From positions 22,630,001 through 22,694,000 of the forward strand of contig JBHGNT010000006.1 in assembly GCA_043228905.1 (NCBI GenBank): DNA of 64,000 nt, given 5' to 3'. Origin of the DNA: Azolla caroliniana (lineage: Eukaryota; Plantae; Polypodiophyta). This document shows, piece by piece, positions 49,361 to 63,500 of the stretch. Position 1 is the stretch's first letter. Every line of letters starts with the position of its first letter. A program made the translations under genes and the position numbers. Below the pieces are notes generated by a model. That model was given only the letters and a program-made list of their open reading frames with translations. It did not search any database and was not told where the DNA came from.

Positions 49361-49987
49361 AACCCGTGCCGGATTCCCCCAACATGGTAATACAAATCCT
49401 TCGGTGTGAAATTCTAGGATTTGTCTTTCAATGAATTTGAGGAAATTCTCACGTAACTTTGCTCATTGGGATCGGATTTCGGAGCCGAAAAATCTATTGT
49501 GACCTCATTCGATTACAATTCATTTCAAATAGTAGGTTTACCAAAAGATAATTATCATAACATATCAAAGGTTCAAGAACTAAGTCAAATAGAATCAAGA
49601 TAATATCTCGACTTTGTTACATGGAATGGCTTGATAGGAAAATAGATGAGATAGAAGTAGTATTAGTTCAAGGAGAGGGAAACCATTGAGATTCAGTGCA
49701 TTGTCCCAATAAACGATGACCACATCACCTCTTGTCATCATTGGTCTTGCATGTTCTCTTGATTCACTATCTCGAACTCTACCAAAATTTCTATACGTTT
49801 CCACCTTGTGGAAAAAACCTTTGATCCCCAATGAGCTCTTTTATCCCTTTTTTGGGCTTGTGGAGTGCCTCTATTAGAGTGCACCTTGTTTTTTCCCCTT
49901 TTACATGCACCTATACTTATAATCCAAGGGAACTTAGTGTGAGCAAAATGTCAATCATCCAGTCACATTGCCTTCCTTTGATCCACT

Positions 49988-51991
49988 AAAGGTGGCATGG
50001 GAAGTTTTGATTAGGCCCAAAATCTAAGGAGGGTTGGCTTTAGTAGATCCATTGATGCAACCTCGAGCTCTCCTAACAAAGTTTGCAGTCAGAGGATTGT
50101 TGCCAGGGATAGAGGCCTGGAAGGGTATGCTACTTAATCAGCTAATGCAATTATCTCCCAAGACGGGAGGCAACTGGTTGCCTTCTTTGAAATGGATGTT
50201 CTTGACAGATGCACAAACACCGAGACGAAATCTGACACCCAATAGATTTCTCCTGGGAATCATCAGAGCATGGGTTGCAATCAATATTTTCTTACACAAA
50301 CAAATGCCTGACACGTGGGATTGTTGGATGAATCAACTGCTATTAGCTAATTCTCTCGTTCGGGATTCTATTGAAATGGATGTTCTTGATAGATGCACAA
50401 ACACCAAGATGAAATTTGACATCCAATAGATTTCTCCTGGGAATCATCAAAGCATGGGATGCAATCAAGATTTTCTTACACAAACAAATGCCTGACACAT
50501 GGGATTGTTGGATGAATCAACTGTTATTAGCTAATTCTCTCATTCGGGATTTTGTTGGAAATGTATTGGACCTTAGGACTCATCTCGCCTGGTGAAAACT
50601 TGACAATGGGCCAATAGCATCAATGAGATCATGGATTCAATTTTAGTAGATGCTAGAAGGGGATCGGCTTAAGCTGTTACACTCGGTATATGGGGCAAAA
50701 ACAATGACAACGGAATTCTCAATAACTTTCTCACAATCCTAGCGCAACTTCAGCCAATGCAGGAGCATATGTGGTTTGGATGCCTTATGAATGGCATGAT
50801 GCTTTATGTTAAAGGAATTTTTGCAGACAAATGTATTTTTTATTTCCATATTCAACAGGACAATAAATTGTAGCCTTATACACCCTCAAATAATTTATTA
50901 CAGAACTTGCTCACTATGCCAATTAGGGTGATTGCCAAATCTGGTAAGAAATGGCCACTGGATCCACAACCGTCAATAGCTCAATTTTGGGATATGCTCT
51001 GGTTATATTCACAACAACTAGTTAGTAGGCTGATGTGGGACCTAGGGGGATGGTTCTGGACCAATCCCATGATGAATCCATTGCAGAAAGTTCCATTATT
51101 TTAGTACAACGTGAAATTGGGTAGAACCTTACTCATGTCTAAGAATATTCCAACTCCTGCAACTCAAAAGCACTGGAATAAGGGGGGTGTTTCGAGTACT
51201 CATTTGAAGGCATATTGGACATGGGTTTGGTCTTTCAAGGGACCAACCAAATATATTCTCTTCAGATGGCTTTTACTACATGCAACACTACTAGTAGGCC
51301 AGTCATTGAAAGGAGATGTAGCAACTAGTCTTAGACAATGTTGTTATTGCAGTGACATGAAGGAAACTACCAAGCATGCCCTCTGGTCATGCTCAACATC
51401 CCAATAGGTATGGAATAAAGTTATCTCTTTATTCCTGACAAGTAATGTAGGTTGCCTCTTCTCTTGGGGATCAACGGTATGGGGAGTTCTCCATTCCAGT
51501 CTCATGTTGTATGAAGCAAATGATGCTCCGAAGGCTATGCCAGTCATCAATAGACATCTAATTACTGTCTCCCCTTTTAAGCAACCTTGTAAGCAAATGC
51601 ATGCAGCCCATGTATGGAAAACAATATCTACAGTTACATTATGGATATTATGGAAGTATTGATGTAAAACACGATATGAGTCCATAATTCCTCTTCTCTC
51701 AAATATATTGCCGGAATTATGGGGGAGCTTATTGCTAGTTCTACGGGGGCAATATGACAATATGCCAGGCTCTTTGGAGTTTGTTCTGAAGAAAAGGAAA
51801 AAATTACTACAATTATGGAGGAAGTTGCCTATATTCACAGTCTCCTCTAAAGGACCATTATGGAGATATCAATACCCTTGGTCCTTGCCCTGACCATTTC
51901 TTTTGTATATAATACTCTCTGATTTTACATTTTTGTAGCCCTCCAACACTTTTCTTAATACTAATGAAGGAAATCTTTTTGAAAAAAAAAA
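49988..51991 (+). mobile_element. 5'-truncated L1/Tx1-type LINE (ORF2 C-terminus with zf-RVT) ending in poly(A)
   Basis: KVAWEVLIRPK..GGLAL motif; FRWLLLHATL...CCYCSDMKETTKHALWSC zinc finger; A-tract at 51982-51991; internal ~185-bp tandem duplication (~50193-50370 vs ~50377-50550). Confidence 0.9.
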
Positions 51992-52441
51992 GATTCAAAA
52001 CCTTCACATTATCACTTCAAGCATAAGCTCTTGCCAGTTCAACTATATCAAGTTATGTTGTCTTCAACTGCATCTTGTCACATGTCTTTCTAGTCATACT
52101 TTCATCGTAACCTTCAACCTTTCATAAACCTAGAGTTTTATGCTTTTCTTCCCGTGTGCACCCACATCACTGAGTCTAATCCCACCATGTCAGTCTGAGA
52201 AACCCTCTCATCCACTCGAAAAGTATTCACCTAATATTTTTTACACATACCAATGAAGTTTTCACCAATAAAAATTCTAGGGCAATTATAATTGATTAGG
52301 CTAGCTATGGAGTCTATGATAAACTCCATTTGAAAAACAACACTTGGAACTTAGTTCCACTATCAAAGAGTCAATTAGCACTTCTATGTAGATAGGCATT
52401 TTGACTCAAGCAGACATCTGATTTAGGTTGTCCAAATATAA

Positions 52442-52479
<38 letters not shown>

Positions 52480-52529
52480 ATTCACCTTGGTATTAACGGA
52501 TTCATACAGTAAATTATAACCCTCATACC

Positions 52530-52790
52530 CACATCAACCAACATGTCGTGTATCAAAAGTCCTCATGTAGGGTCCTTCCAAGATGGGAGGGGGGGGGGGG
52601 GGGGAGGGCGAAAAAAGCCATCTTGGTGGAGCATATTTCCACTTTATTCTCTCTCCAAAAGAAGTGAAGACCTCTGCCTTTTTCCAAATTTCTCGAAATT
52701 GTTGTTTACGAATCACACCTTCAAGCTCACTAATTATTGCCTCATATTGACCTCTTAGAGCATTAACCATATCCCCTACACTACATTTGT
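52530..52790 (-). mobile_element. LINE 3' fragment, related to 51708-51893
   Basis: NALRGQYEAI...FREIWKK..F...IKWKYAPP parallels LVLRGQYDNM...LQLWRK..F...LWRYQYP. Confidence 0.7.
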
Positions 52791-52793
52791 TTC

Positions 52794-55403
52794 TATAAAG
52801 AAATGGAGATTGTAGGTGATCTTGTGTAGTGGAAGGAACTGTGAGTGTAAGGCAAAGAGAGAGAGAGTTGAGAGAGACATAGAACAAGAAGCTATATTAA
52901 CAAAAGATAGAAAATACATCCAATAGTGACTTAGTTGCAAAAGAGTTAATTTAAATACCAACAAACTTAGGGCAACTACCCTTTCTACTATTTACAAAAC
53001 TAGCTTGAACCTAGAGTGTCCATTGCTAGTGTGAAAGCAATACTATTGGGGAAGTTGGGTTTGATTCTCAACATGTCCCTTCAAACACAACTTCCGGTTA
53101 TCAGAGAGTCGTCGTGCTATTTGGTTCGTTTTGGCTTTCTGAATCCCTCGGCTCTATGTCCAGATGGTTGATCGGATCGACTTTGACTGTACTCCTGCGT
53201 TTGACTGCCTCATGCTCATTGTTCAACTGGACTGTCAGCTTTGTGTTTCGACTCCCCTTGGTTGGTTGTGCTACTACTTTGATTACTCCTTTGGTTAGCA
53301 TCAATCGATTGATCGACTGTTGTTCGGCTATTGTTTTTAAACTTTTGGAAGTGTCTGAATACTTCACTCTTTTGTCGCATTGGGTAAATCCAAGTGTGCT
53401 TGGAGAAGTCATCGGTGAACGTCACGTAATATTGTCATCCGCTGAATGTAGCCGTCTGAGTTGGCCCCCATACATCTGAATGTATTACATCCAGGATCCC
53501 TCTACTTCGGGAATGGTTGTCGATGTTGCTTTCCGAATTGGCAAGCTTCGCACACTCTGGCAATCTCCTTCTCTATAAAAGTTGGGAGTCCGATGACGAC
53601 TCCATTCAACTACATGCCCTTGAGCTTCTAGAGATTGATGTGGCCGATTCTTTTGTGCCACAATTCTAGATCAGTGTCGCCTTTGACGCCTTTCGTGAAC
53701 ATACCTGACTTCACCTCATTCGAAATGAGGATGAACATTTGACCTTCTCTTCGACCTCAAGCAACAAGTTGACCTTCTTTTTCAATAAAACACCCTTCAT
53801 GATTAAACCATACTTGCCTGCCTTGTTCTACCATCTAGCCAACCGAGACTAGATTTTTCGTGTTGGTCAGGACATGCAAGACGTTCTTGATGTGGGTTTG
53901 TTTGCCTTCATCTCGAATGGGACATTTCCGATATGTTGAATGGGGTTAATTGTGTCATCCCCAGTTTTAACGTAGTTGGGTCGTTCGGGCTTTCCTAACT
54001 CTTGGAAACAATCTTCGTGAGACGTCATGTGATTGGATGCTCTAGAGTCGACAAACCATACATTGTCTGAAGCAGAGGTGTTGGTCGAACTTTGTGCCAA
54101 CATTGAGTGTGCTTTATGTCTCATTACAAAGATTCCACCATGATCGTCATAGTTCGTGAGTTCTCAGCTAGTCAAAGCCGACTCTTGTTTCTTTTTTCAA
54201 CACTCCTCTTCATAGTGGCCAAGTTTTTCACAATACCCGCATTCGATCGGGCTATTTTGGCGGCTTGGTTCGGTAGGATGGCTCCCCCTTCTACCAAACT
54301 CCCTTGGTGTGTTCTTGGCCTCTTTCCAATGGTGGGAGTTGTGCTCTCATGTCGACTGACCATGTCGGCCTCGTCCAAATCGGCCTCCGTTTCCTCGGCC
54401 AAATCCTCTTCCCTCGTCCGACTAGGATTAGAGCATCTTACCATCTAGCACATTGCTCCTTGATCTGATGTGATTTTCTTCGACCAACAATATCAAGGGA
54501 AGGTCGTAAAATGAGGGAGGATTCTCCCTTGCAAGGATGGCCGATCTGATCGTGCTGAATCGTGGTGCTACGCCATCGAGGCATATCTGGACCATTTTGT
54601 TGTTTTCGATGCTTACATTGATCGATCCAAGGGCGTCACACAACTCCTTGATCTTCAAGGTGTAGTTCGTGATCAACATATCCCTTTGTTGAATATTGTT
54701 CAACTCTTGACGGAATTGAGGCTTGTGTGTGACCGTATTGGCCGCGAAAATCTTCATGAGATTGCCCCAAGCTTCTTTCGGTGTTTTTGCCTCTCGAATG
54801 TAGCCAAGCATGTGATCATGAACGCATGATGTTAGGCACTATAGTACACAACTCGTTGCTTGCTCTCAACCTGGGTAGTCGACATGTGTTGGGTTGGGTT
54901 GATTTGCTTGAGCTCCTTGGACGTAGCTCCAATAGCCTTAACCAACAAGGTATCTGTGCATCTTGTGTTCCCAAGATGCAAAGTTCGATCTATCGAGTTT
55001 CTTGGTGGGAAGAGCGCTTCCCATCTAAGTGTTCATTTTTTCCTCTATCGTTGAGCCAATTGTGTTTGATCGTCGGTGAGCAATACAACACAGTTGAGTG
55101 AATCAGACTACCACACGCTCTGCTACCATGTAAAGAAATGGAGAGTGCAGGTGATCTTGTGCAGCAGAAGGAACTGTGTGAGTAAGACAAACAGACAAAC
55201 AGATAGACAGAGAACAAGAAGTTATATTAACAAAAGATAGAAAATACATCCAACAGTAACTTCGTTACAAAAGGGTTGGTTTAAATACCAACTAATTTAG
55301 GGCAACTACCATTTCTACTATTTACAAAACTAGCCTAAACCTAGAGTGTCCATTGCTAGTGTGAAAGCCATTCCATTGGGGATGTTGGGTTTGATTCTCA
55401 ACG
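52794..55403 (-). mobile_element. Non-autonomous Copia element C (2.6 kb; gag-PR-partial INT, no RT/RH), relative of element A
   Basis: LTRs 52794-53073 and 55129-55403. Perfect TSD GTTTC. PBS TGGTAGCAGAGCG at 55128-55116. Gag MLGYIREAKTPKEAW...ARENPPSF is similar to element A. Confidence 0.93.
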
Positions 55404-55419
55404 GTTTCAAATGTCCATT

Positions 55420-56083
55420 TTAGATCAGAATATGGTGTCGATTTTGATGAGATTTTTCACCGACTTACAATGAAAATGAAAACCCTTCAATTCTTACTTG
55501 GGCTAGAATTTGTTGACGACCTAGAGTTTCTTCAACTATATGTTAAAATGACCTTCCTCTATAATGATTTGGCCGAGGTAATCTATATGGAGAAGCTGGA
55601 AGGTATCGGGTCTCTCTGAAAGAAATATCTAGTCTATTGATTCATAGGTGGAGCAATTCATTGAGATTTAAATTTTAGGAGTGCACAATGACCTTAATGA
55701 CTAAAGCAAAATATGACGCAACATTCAACACAACCAAGGAAGGACTATGGCTTTGTTGATTAGTTGGCTTGATTTGATATGTCATCCTAAAATTTACTTA
55801 GACCTTATATAATGATAGCCATGGTGTTATCTCTCTGGCGAAGACTCCAATTCATCATTTGACATCAAGACATACAGAGATCTGATATCATTACGTATGA
55901 GAATGTGTGACCAAGAAGGGATTTGTCATTGACAAGATTTTAGCACTCAACAATATATCTAATGTCATGACCAAAAGTCTTTCGACAAATTGATTCTCAT
56001 CTTTGGGCATTCAAGTGGGCTTTGAATTTGATTCCAACTTTGAAGCTGACTCTGTTAGAATGTTTATGGACATTATGGGGGAG
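55420..56083 (+). mobile_element. Heavily degraded Copia RT/RNase H remnant with PPT
   Basis: YGVDFDEIF, QLYVKMTFL, KEGLWL, DSHGVISLAKTPIHH..SRHTEI..HYV, SNVMTKSL; PPT TATGGGGGAG. Confidence 0.75.
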
Positions 56084-56140
56084 TTATCAATTATAGTGTG
56101 TGTGTTTGTTAATGGATACATACATATTTTATGGACTATT

Positions 56141-56680
56141 TGTTAGGAAATAGGTCCCTCCGGATGGGAAGTGAGCACAAGCCAAATCAGTTGGATCTGA
56201 GGAAGAAGAAAGACCGGATCCGGATCGGTTCTGGATGAAGTATCTGGAAATAGCCATATTTGTAAAAATATATTGCCGCGCCTATTTTGGGCTAGAATTG
56301 TAAATAGCCCTAAAGTTGTATTAGTATAAATACAACTAGGGCAAATCATTGTATGAGTATGAATAGTTGAACTTGGTAGTTGCCTCTGTACATAAGAGTG
56401 TGTAGGAGAGTAAGAGAGAGTTGTAACTCAGTTGTAACCGTATGTTAGACAAAGAGGAGTTCAAGGTTGTTGCCTTAGAGTCTCATGTGTATATTCCTCT
56501 TACCATAGTGATATAGTTCGGATTTTGTGGACTCCCGTGGTTTTTCCCTTTCCAGGTTTTCCACGTTAAACCTTGTGTCTCTGTACTTTTGCTTTCTGTC
56601 TTATGTGATTTTTATCAGTTCAATCTTTGCACCCGCATACACAATAGTGAGACCCGATTGTGGCCGGTAGGATGCTCACA
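56141..56680 (+). mobile_element. Solo LTR (540 bp) related to element B LTRs
   Basis: TG...CA termini and perfect TSD CTATT. Shares GGAAATAGGTCCCT.CGGATGGG, GTAAATAGCCC.AAAGTT and CGTGGTTTTT...TTTCCACGTTAA with the B LTRs. Confidence 0.92.
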
Positions 56681-59600
56681 CTATTTATTGTACATTGCAT
56701 ATGCCCATTACAAGGGAGTGTTAAATTATAGTGTGTGTTTGCTGATGGACACATTCATATAGTACAAGATATTTATGTAAATAGTCAAAAGGGTTAAATT
56801 CACTCTAAAATGTATCTTTGATATATACACTTGTAAAGCTTGATTTTTTAATATTGTGGAAGTAATTCTATGTGCCTACACTATGTTCCACTCTCACTCA
56901 CTGATTGTTCAATGCTCCCATTGTGCTTTAATCTAGCTTCGAATTGATCACATACAAGTTGATCTTGATTTTGCACAAGCATTGTAGTTGATCCTACTCG
57001 CCATGATCGCAACACATCATTCTCGATTAGCTCCATCATATTTATCATTATAGAGAAGGAGGCCCATCCTATTTGAGGTATAAAGTGGCAAATTGCTTAA
57101 TCGAAGAGAAAGGAGGGTGGGATGAGATATGATATTGGTCTCATCTAAGGGGTTGCGATGCATTCCCCACCACAGAAACCCAATGGACCTTACACCATGG
57201 ATACAAACTTATGTATGCGATAACCAAATTTAATATATGAGTCATGAGGATCAAGATTATAACAACTGTATTTTTTTTTTTGCAAACATTTCATTTGTTT
57301 ATGAGATATTGGTTACACACATTTTTTAGATTATTTCTCTATATTCTCAAATTTTCCTTCTGTTACATGAAACACTAGTTATCTGTGGAAGCATAGAGAA
57401 ATTACTTGTGCATCTATTCACCTAACATATATCTCCTCTTCATATCTCTTCCATTTGTCATGTTTCCAAGATTATGTAATGTGTGGTCAACAATATGTTG
57501 GGTTTCTATTGTACATCAAATTATATAGGAACTTCATGTTACTTTTCTCAACATCTTTAAGATTAATATATTTCCAACTGGGAGTACTATGAAATTGGGG
57601 TAAAGAGATCTCACAATGGATGGAGGAGGGTTCTTTGGCTTATTTAATCCATTATATTGGATTATGGTCAAAGCATTTTGTGTAGGAGGGACTTTTCACT
57701 CACATTAGGCAAGATTTGAGATACCTATTTAGACATTTGACTATTTTATATGTCTATTTGCTATTGCATTGGATACTTGGACTATCGTCTTCCTTGACAT
57801 CAATTGATTTTGAATATGATGAAATATTTAGATTGCATATGACATTGATCAAAGTAATTGCATGCAAAACAAGAACCTATAAAGTTAGCCCAACGGGAAT
57901 TTGAATGATTTAGCATTGCTTCGATTATAAGAGGGCGAAATATTGTTGACTAATACAAAAAAGTTGTATCTGGGAGGTGGCCATTGGACTGATGTGATAG
58001 TTAGTCAAATGTACACAATGAGGATATTGAGGAAATTTAAAGGCGAAAGAATCATTTGAATTCATTACAAAGGGTATCATAACTTTCCCATTTTTTCTTA
58101 ATTTCTTTAGAACTTCAAATTTGTAGCATGTTATTTTGTGAGGGTTTTGGAAAATTATTGATGGAATGACGACTTTATACCTTATATGGTGTATCATCAT
58201 GACATTTTGGGAAGTAAGCATGCCCTACAAGAGTTGGAATGCTTGTGTCCCATAAATGCAAATGATAATGATCGTTGACATTCTTAGAAGACATAAGACT
58301 ATTGAATCCTTTTGCAATTATAGGTAAGAGATCCAAAATGTTCAACGGATGTTGAGCCATTGTGCTCAAATGACAATTTTGTTAACGAGCACGAAAAACA
58401 TGCACCGATTTGCTTCATGAACATCAACAATGGTTCTTTTAAAAAAAGGTTTTGTACATGGATTTATCAACAATGTGCTCCAAAAGTATGCCCCATTTAC
58501 TATGTTTCCTTTAAAAACATAAATCCATTGTTCTCAAAAAGGCTTGGATGATAACATTTTCTATATAATTCTTTCAAGGATCATGTAACTTTTCAATCGA
58601 CACATTATGGGTTTACATGGATAATGGGCCATCCCAAGAAATTATGACATCATTGAAGTATTCAACAACATGGCCCTTTTTTGGCCATGTAATGTCTTGC
58701 ATTCCTTCGCTAGTTCCTTTCCTTAATAAAGGTACATACACTTTTCTGGAGTTGTCGCCAACTACAAGTTGTGAGGAGTGCCACCAATCGTCATTTGTGA
58801 TAGGATTGTGATCAATAGAACAAAAGGGTGAAACATAGTCAAATTGACAAATTTAACAAATTAGAATAACATAAGACAATCACACCATTATTGATCCACA
58901 ACTGGACGAAGGTTAAGCTAGTTTTATTAAATGAAGTACAAAGAAATGAGAAACAAGTGCATACATCAATTATCACAATGGGGAACCTCCTCAATGGCAA
59001 ATATCTTATAGTTGGACAAAAATAATGCATGTTAGGTTCCATGAAATTGGTAAAATTATCTTGTGAACGATGGACCATCAATTTAAAAATGGTGAAACTA
59101 AGAAAACAAAGCAATCTTATAATTGATTTTTTATGTTAAATAATTTGGGAAGTTATAACTTTGTTGATAACATTTGAACATATTGCGCAAACAATGTTTT
59201 TCAACGTCTTTATTTATATGTAAATCACAATACATAGAATTTTTTTAAAGGAAATTTTTAATAATACCTTCATATTACCCCCTCCTTGGTATTTGTCTAA
59301 ACATCATTAAGTCAAAAAGGAAACTATGTTTTCATTTCATTACCCGGAGCACGATTTGAAATGGAGATGATGTTGTTCACAACCCAATATTTGATATAAA
59401 AAACACTAAATTTAACACATTGGAATTACCTAGACAACAATGAACGAATTAGTAAGTAGATATAAAACATAAGTTTATTGGCAATAATTGAGAAGCTTAA
59501 CCATATGCCAATACCTAAGCAAGCACGCAACTTCAACATAAATTAATAAAATTGGTGAATGCAATGCATACATGCTTTGTCGGAGTTATTGAGGTAGATA

Positions 59601-60326
59601 TGGAAACTTTCGGTTTCATCACTGTGTAAGATTACACATGTGAATTTAGTACACCTTATATGTTGACTGGTAATCACTATTTGCTTTTATATAGTTACAA
59701 ATAAGATCATGCTATGGTCGTGCTACGAGGTAGATCAATGTTTTCATTTTTTGTAGAAGTAAAAAGTCATGTCATCTAGGACCATGAAGTAGATATAAAG
59801 CTATTGCAATGTAGATCCAAACTTTCCTCGAGTTAATATAAAGAACATCAAGGTTCTAAAGTATGTTTCATTTCAATGTGTTCCCTACATCATGACTTAG
59901 TAAAAATTGATTTTTCCATAGAAAACCAATCAATTCACAATTAATAAATTGCTTTGATAGCGTGAAACGGTGATAATTACTCTAGAACGCAGTGTGTTTT
60001 CATGTTGGGGTGTAAATAAGATCACTTGTAAGTATCTTAATGATAGTTTTATATGATCATGGAAATCTCAATGCACGATCTCCATTTTAATCAAGGCGCA
60101 TGATTTTTGGGCAGGACTGATTTTACGTGTCATATTCAACAAGATTGTTGATGTGCATGTATCAAAGTTATGGAACCGCAAAAGATAAATATTACACAAA
60201 CCCTTTCATGTGAGTTTGTTGCATATAGCTATTTGCCTTTCTCCTTTTATTTGGTTATGTGTGTCAACATCTAGGGCCCTAGGGTGATTCTATGATGGTC
60301 TTCTATAAAGGTGGTAAAGAATACTC

Positions 60327-60360
<34 letters not shown>

Positions 60361-62805
60361 ATATTATACACATACTTTGGATAGTAAAGGACTCTTCTAA
60401 TGCCTTTAACTGTATATCAAAGTAGGTTGGGTTACCATGAAGGGAAAATCAAATGGTTAAAATCATTACCAAGCAGATGGTTGCAACTTGCATCCGATGC
60501 ATTTACGCTGAATGTAAAACATTTGAGTGACAAAGAGGTAAAAGGTCACAAGGACTAATACCCACCCTATATAAGATATGAATATTTGTTAACTTTATAA
60601 CTCATCGATGACGAAACTAATTATCAGCATGAATTATGATTTAATAACTAGTAACCAAATGTCAGAAATCAGTCCATACTTCAATTCATCTATTACCCAA
60701 GTAATCATTTATGCGAATACAATTGCTAACAAGCATAATGTACATAGCGAAAGATTGACATCCTAATCAATCTGTCATGCTATTTAACTTTTAAATGTCA
60801 TTTGGTAGCGAATGTATGAATCAAACGCTTATTTAAAAGTAGGTTATGTGTATCATAAAATGGTTGAGTTACTTTTATGAGCATGACGTATATATCGACA
60901 TTAAGAAAAGGGAAATAACTTTAATTGCCCTTATTGTTTGAGCTTTGGCTTTTGCATGGAGAGATTACCCTTTATGTGCCATAGTACTTTACAAACCCAG
61001 TGGACAAAGAGAGGACAATGTGTGTCAATTACAAATGTAATAACTCAAGAGTCCATACTAATTTATCACTAACACGAGCAATGCAAACCATAATTTGATA
61101 ATTATATTGTTAGTATCGAGTGCAATGTGTCATGTGTAGCTACATCTATTCATGAGGGATAGAATGAAACTTTTCTCTTCCCAATCATCCAATGTAGGAA
61201 TCACGTACCCGTTGCATATATCAAAGGAACACTTTACACCCATGTAAGGTTCCATGGTCCATACAATGACCTGATACATATTAAGATGGTCCTAGCTTAA
61301 TTGAGGTTTGAGCTCTCCATTGCATGACTAATACATATTAAGATGGTCCTGTACATTTCACTTTAAATAGTTAATGTATGTTTTTTAAGGCGAAATTTTC
61401 ATCCATAAGATATATGCAAGATCTATAATTATTGCAAACTATGCCAAAATATGAGCATAAACTTCTATTTTTAAAGCAAGTGAACTTCTAATCCTCGTGA
61501 CTCATATTTGTACCCCATCATGTAAGGATATGCCCATAACTTACACCCTACCGTTTAATATATATGTCTTAAACGTCATGTATACATGGTATTTATGACA
61601 GTTTGATTTTGAAGTTTTCCTTCAACTTAAGGCTCTAAGTGACACCTTGGCGACCCTTTCCTTGCACAAACATCCTTCGACTTGTACAAGATGGCTACAT
61701 TAGGCATGCCCTAGGACCTAATCGTCATAAATGACAAACTTGCAACCATTGTTCTAATGCATTTAGTATTTTCTATTACACAAAAAGAAACCGTTTGTGT
61801 GCTTAATACAAAATTTCACATAAATATTTGTGTAGTATGATAAAGAACTACCTATTTTAACTTCAAAACTCTAGAATATCAGCCAAACAAGACTTATTTA
61901 AGACTTAAGATATGTACAAACCATAAAAGTTACATTAAAAATGGGTATTACCATTACTAAGGTCAAAGCTTTAGGCTATGTTCACATAAACACTCTAGTA
62001 GGAGGAACACAAGGTATGGCTAAACAATTTCTATAGATTATATTAGTGAGGAAAAGCATTAGTACGGTCAATTTGAGTACAATAACAAATCACTCTAGTC
62101 ATTATTTTACTATTTACATGGATGAAGGCTTTCTTTCAATTGTATACCTAAGTAACTAATTCAAACCTACACTATTTTGCATATTGCAAAACATATTAGC
62201 ATAGTTTTCGCACAGAAAAAATAATGTTACAAAATTTAAATATAACAAAGAAAAGTCATATTTTATTATGAAGGAAATGAACTTAATTGGACGAAGTACC
62301 AACATTCAACCTTCAATCACATAATGGGCGTTGGTTCACTCGCTTGATTGAGATAATACCATTGTGGTACTACAACTAAACCTAACAATCGTTGAACAAG
62401 TAAGTTACTATAGTCGTATTACCGGGATACAAGTAAATTATCACTGTCGTATAATCGGGATAACTTTGTTGTAAAAGAGTTTGGTGGGATAGGTAGGGTT
62501 GGGGATTATTGCAGGAGTTGTGGGGGGAAGAGCAACGTGAGTTTTGCTGGTTTTGGAGTTGTTCCTCCGTGTTGTAGATTCTAATTCCACTAGGGTTGTC
62601 TTTGTGAATCTTAGTTGTGAACTTTGCTATGTTTTAGTTGCTAACTAATGTGAAGTAGTTTTTTTGGGGGAAAAGAAAAAAAACAATCTCCGAACATTGT
62701 TGGAAGGTGATGTTGTTTGGAAGAGTTGAAAGAAAATTCTTCAAAACAAATGTTCTCAACTATTCGATTGTGATCTACAAAGTACCCTTGTGATGCAAAC
62801 TAACT

Positions 62806-63020
62806 ATTGGCAATGGTTCGGTTTGAATTGATCCAACCCACATCTATCTATCTATATATACAATTTTTTTTTTCCCAAGCCTTATTCTCACACTCACCTA
62901 ATTTTAAAACCGAAACTGAACCATGAAACTACAGTTTTAGCAGTTTGAAATTTTTTTAATGGTTTGGTTTAACGGTTTCGTTGTTTGGTTTGGTTCAAGT
63001 TTCAAAAATTTTAAACGGTT
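62806..63020. mobile_element. Truncated copy of the 34887-35332 MITE
   Basis: Shared GGCAA.GGTTCGGTTTGAA, AAAACCGAAAC.GAACCA.GAAAC and TTTCAAAAATTTTAAACGGTT blocks. Confidence 0.7.
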
Positions 63021-63129
63021 GTTGATTGTTAATTTAAACTTTATAACACAAAAATTGCAATTTTATTTGCATTTTTTTTCCTAAACAAAAAACTCCTTAC
63101 ATTAGTTATAAAAGTTTACAGACGTGAAT

Positions 63130-63500
63130 GTTATAGACATACCACAAAAGGGGCGTGATAGTTCCATCTTATGTGGAGGCCCATTTATTAAAGAAAGGGA
63201 GAGGATGACCATTGCGGGATGACAAGTAAGCAATGTCTTTCGGCTCCTTTGGATCCGCCTATGATGTCATCGTATTGGTGCTTTAGTGTGGCTACAACTT
63301 CACTCCATATCTCTTGCAATAGCGGGCATATTCTAAATCATTTCCAAGGATTGTGTAATGGCCTAGCATATGCCCACGTTACTACAATCTTGAGGTAATA
63401 TGTGGTTTGCTATGACCTGCGATTACTTCTAATGTCTTTTGGATTTTTTGACGTACAAGAGATGAGCTTTTGGTCAAGTCACTTGGAAGATAAGCATGTT
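63130..63500 (-). mobile_element. LINE 3' fragment of the same L1-like family
   Basis: Minus-strand LLQEIWSEVVATLKHQYDDIIGG parallels LPELWGSLLLVLRGQYDNMPG. Confidence 0.6.

Noticed and set aside
49370-49835. Possible organellar (ycf1/ycf2-like) insertion
   Set aside because: The composition is suggestive, but I found no recognisable motif in the frames I read; needs BLAST.
57700-59120. Cluster of short ORFs, possibly a very degraded TE
   Set aside because: No catalytic motif could be confidently identified.
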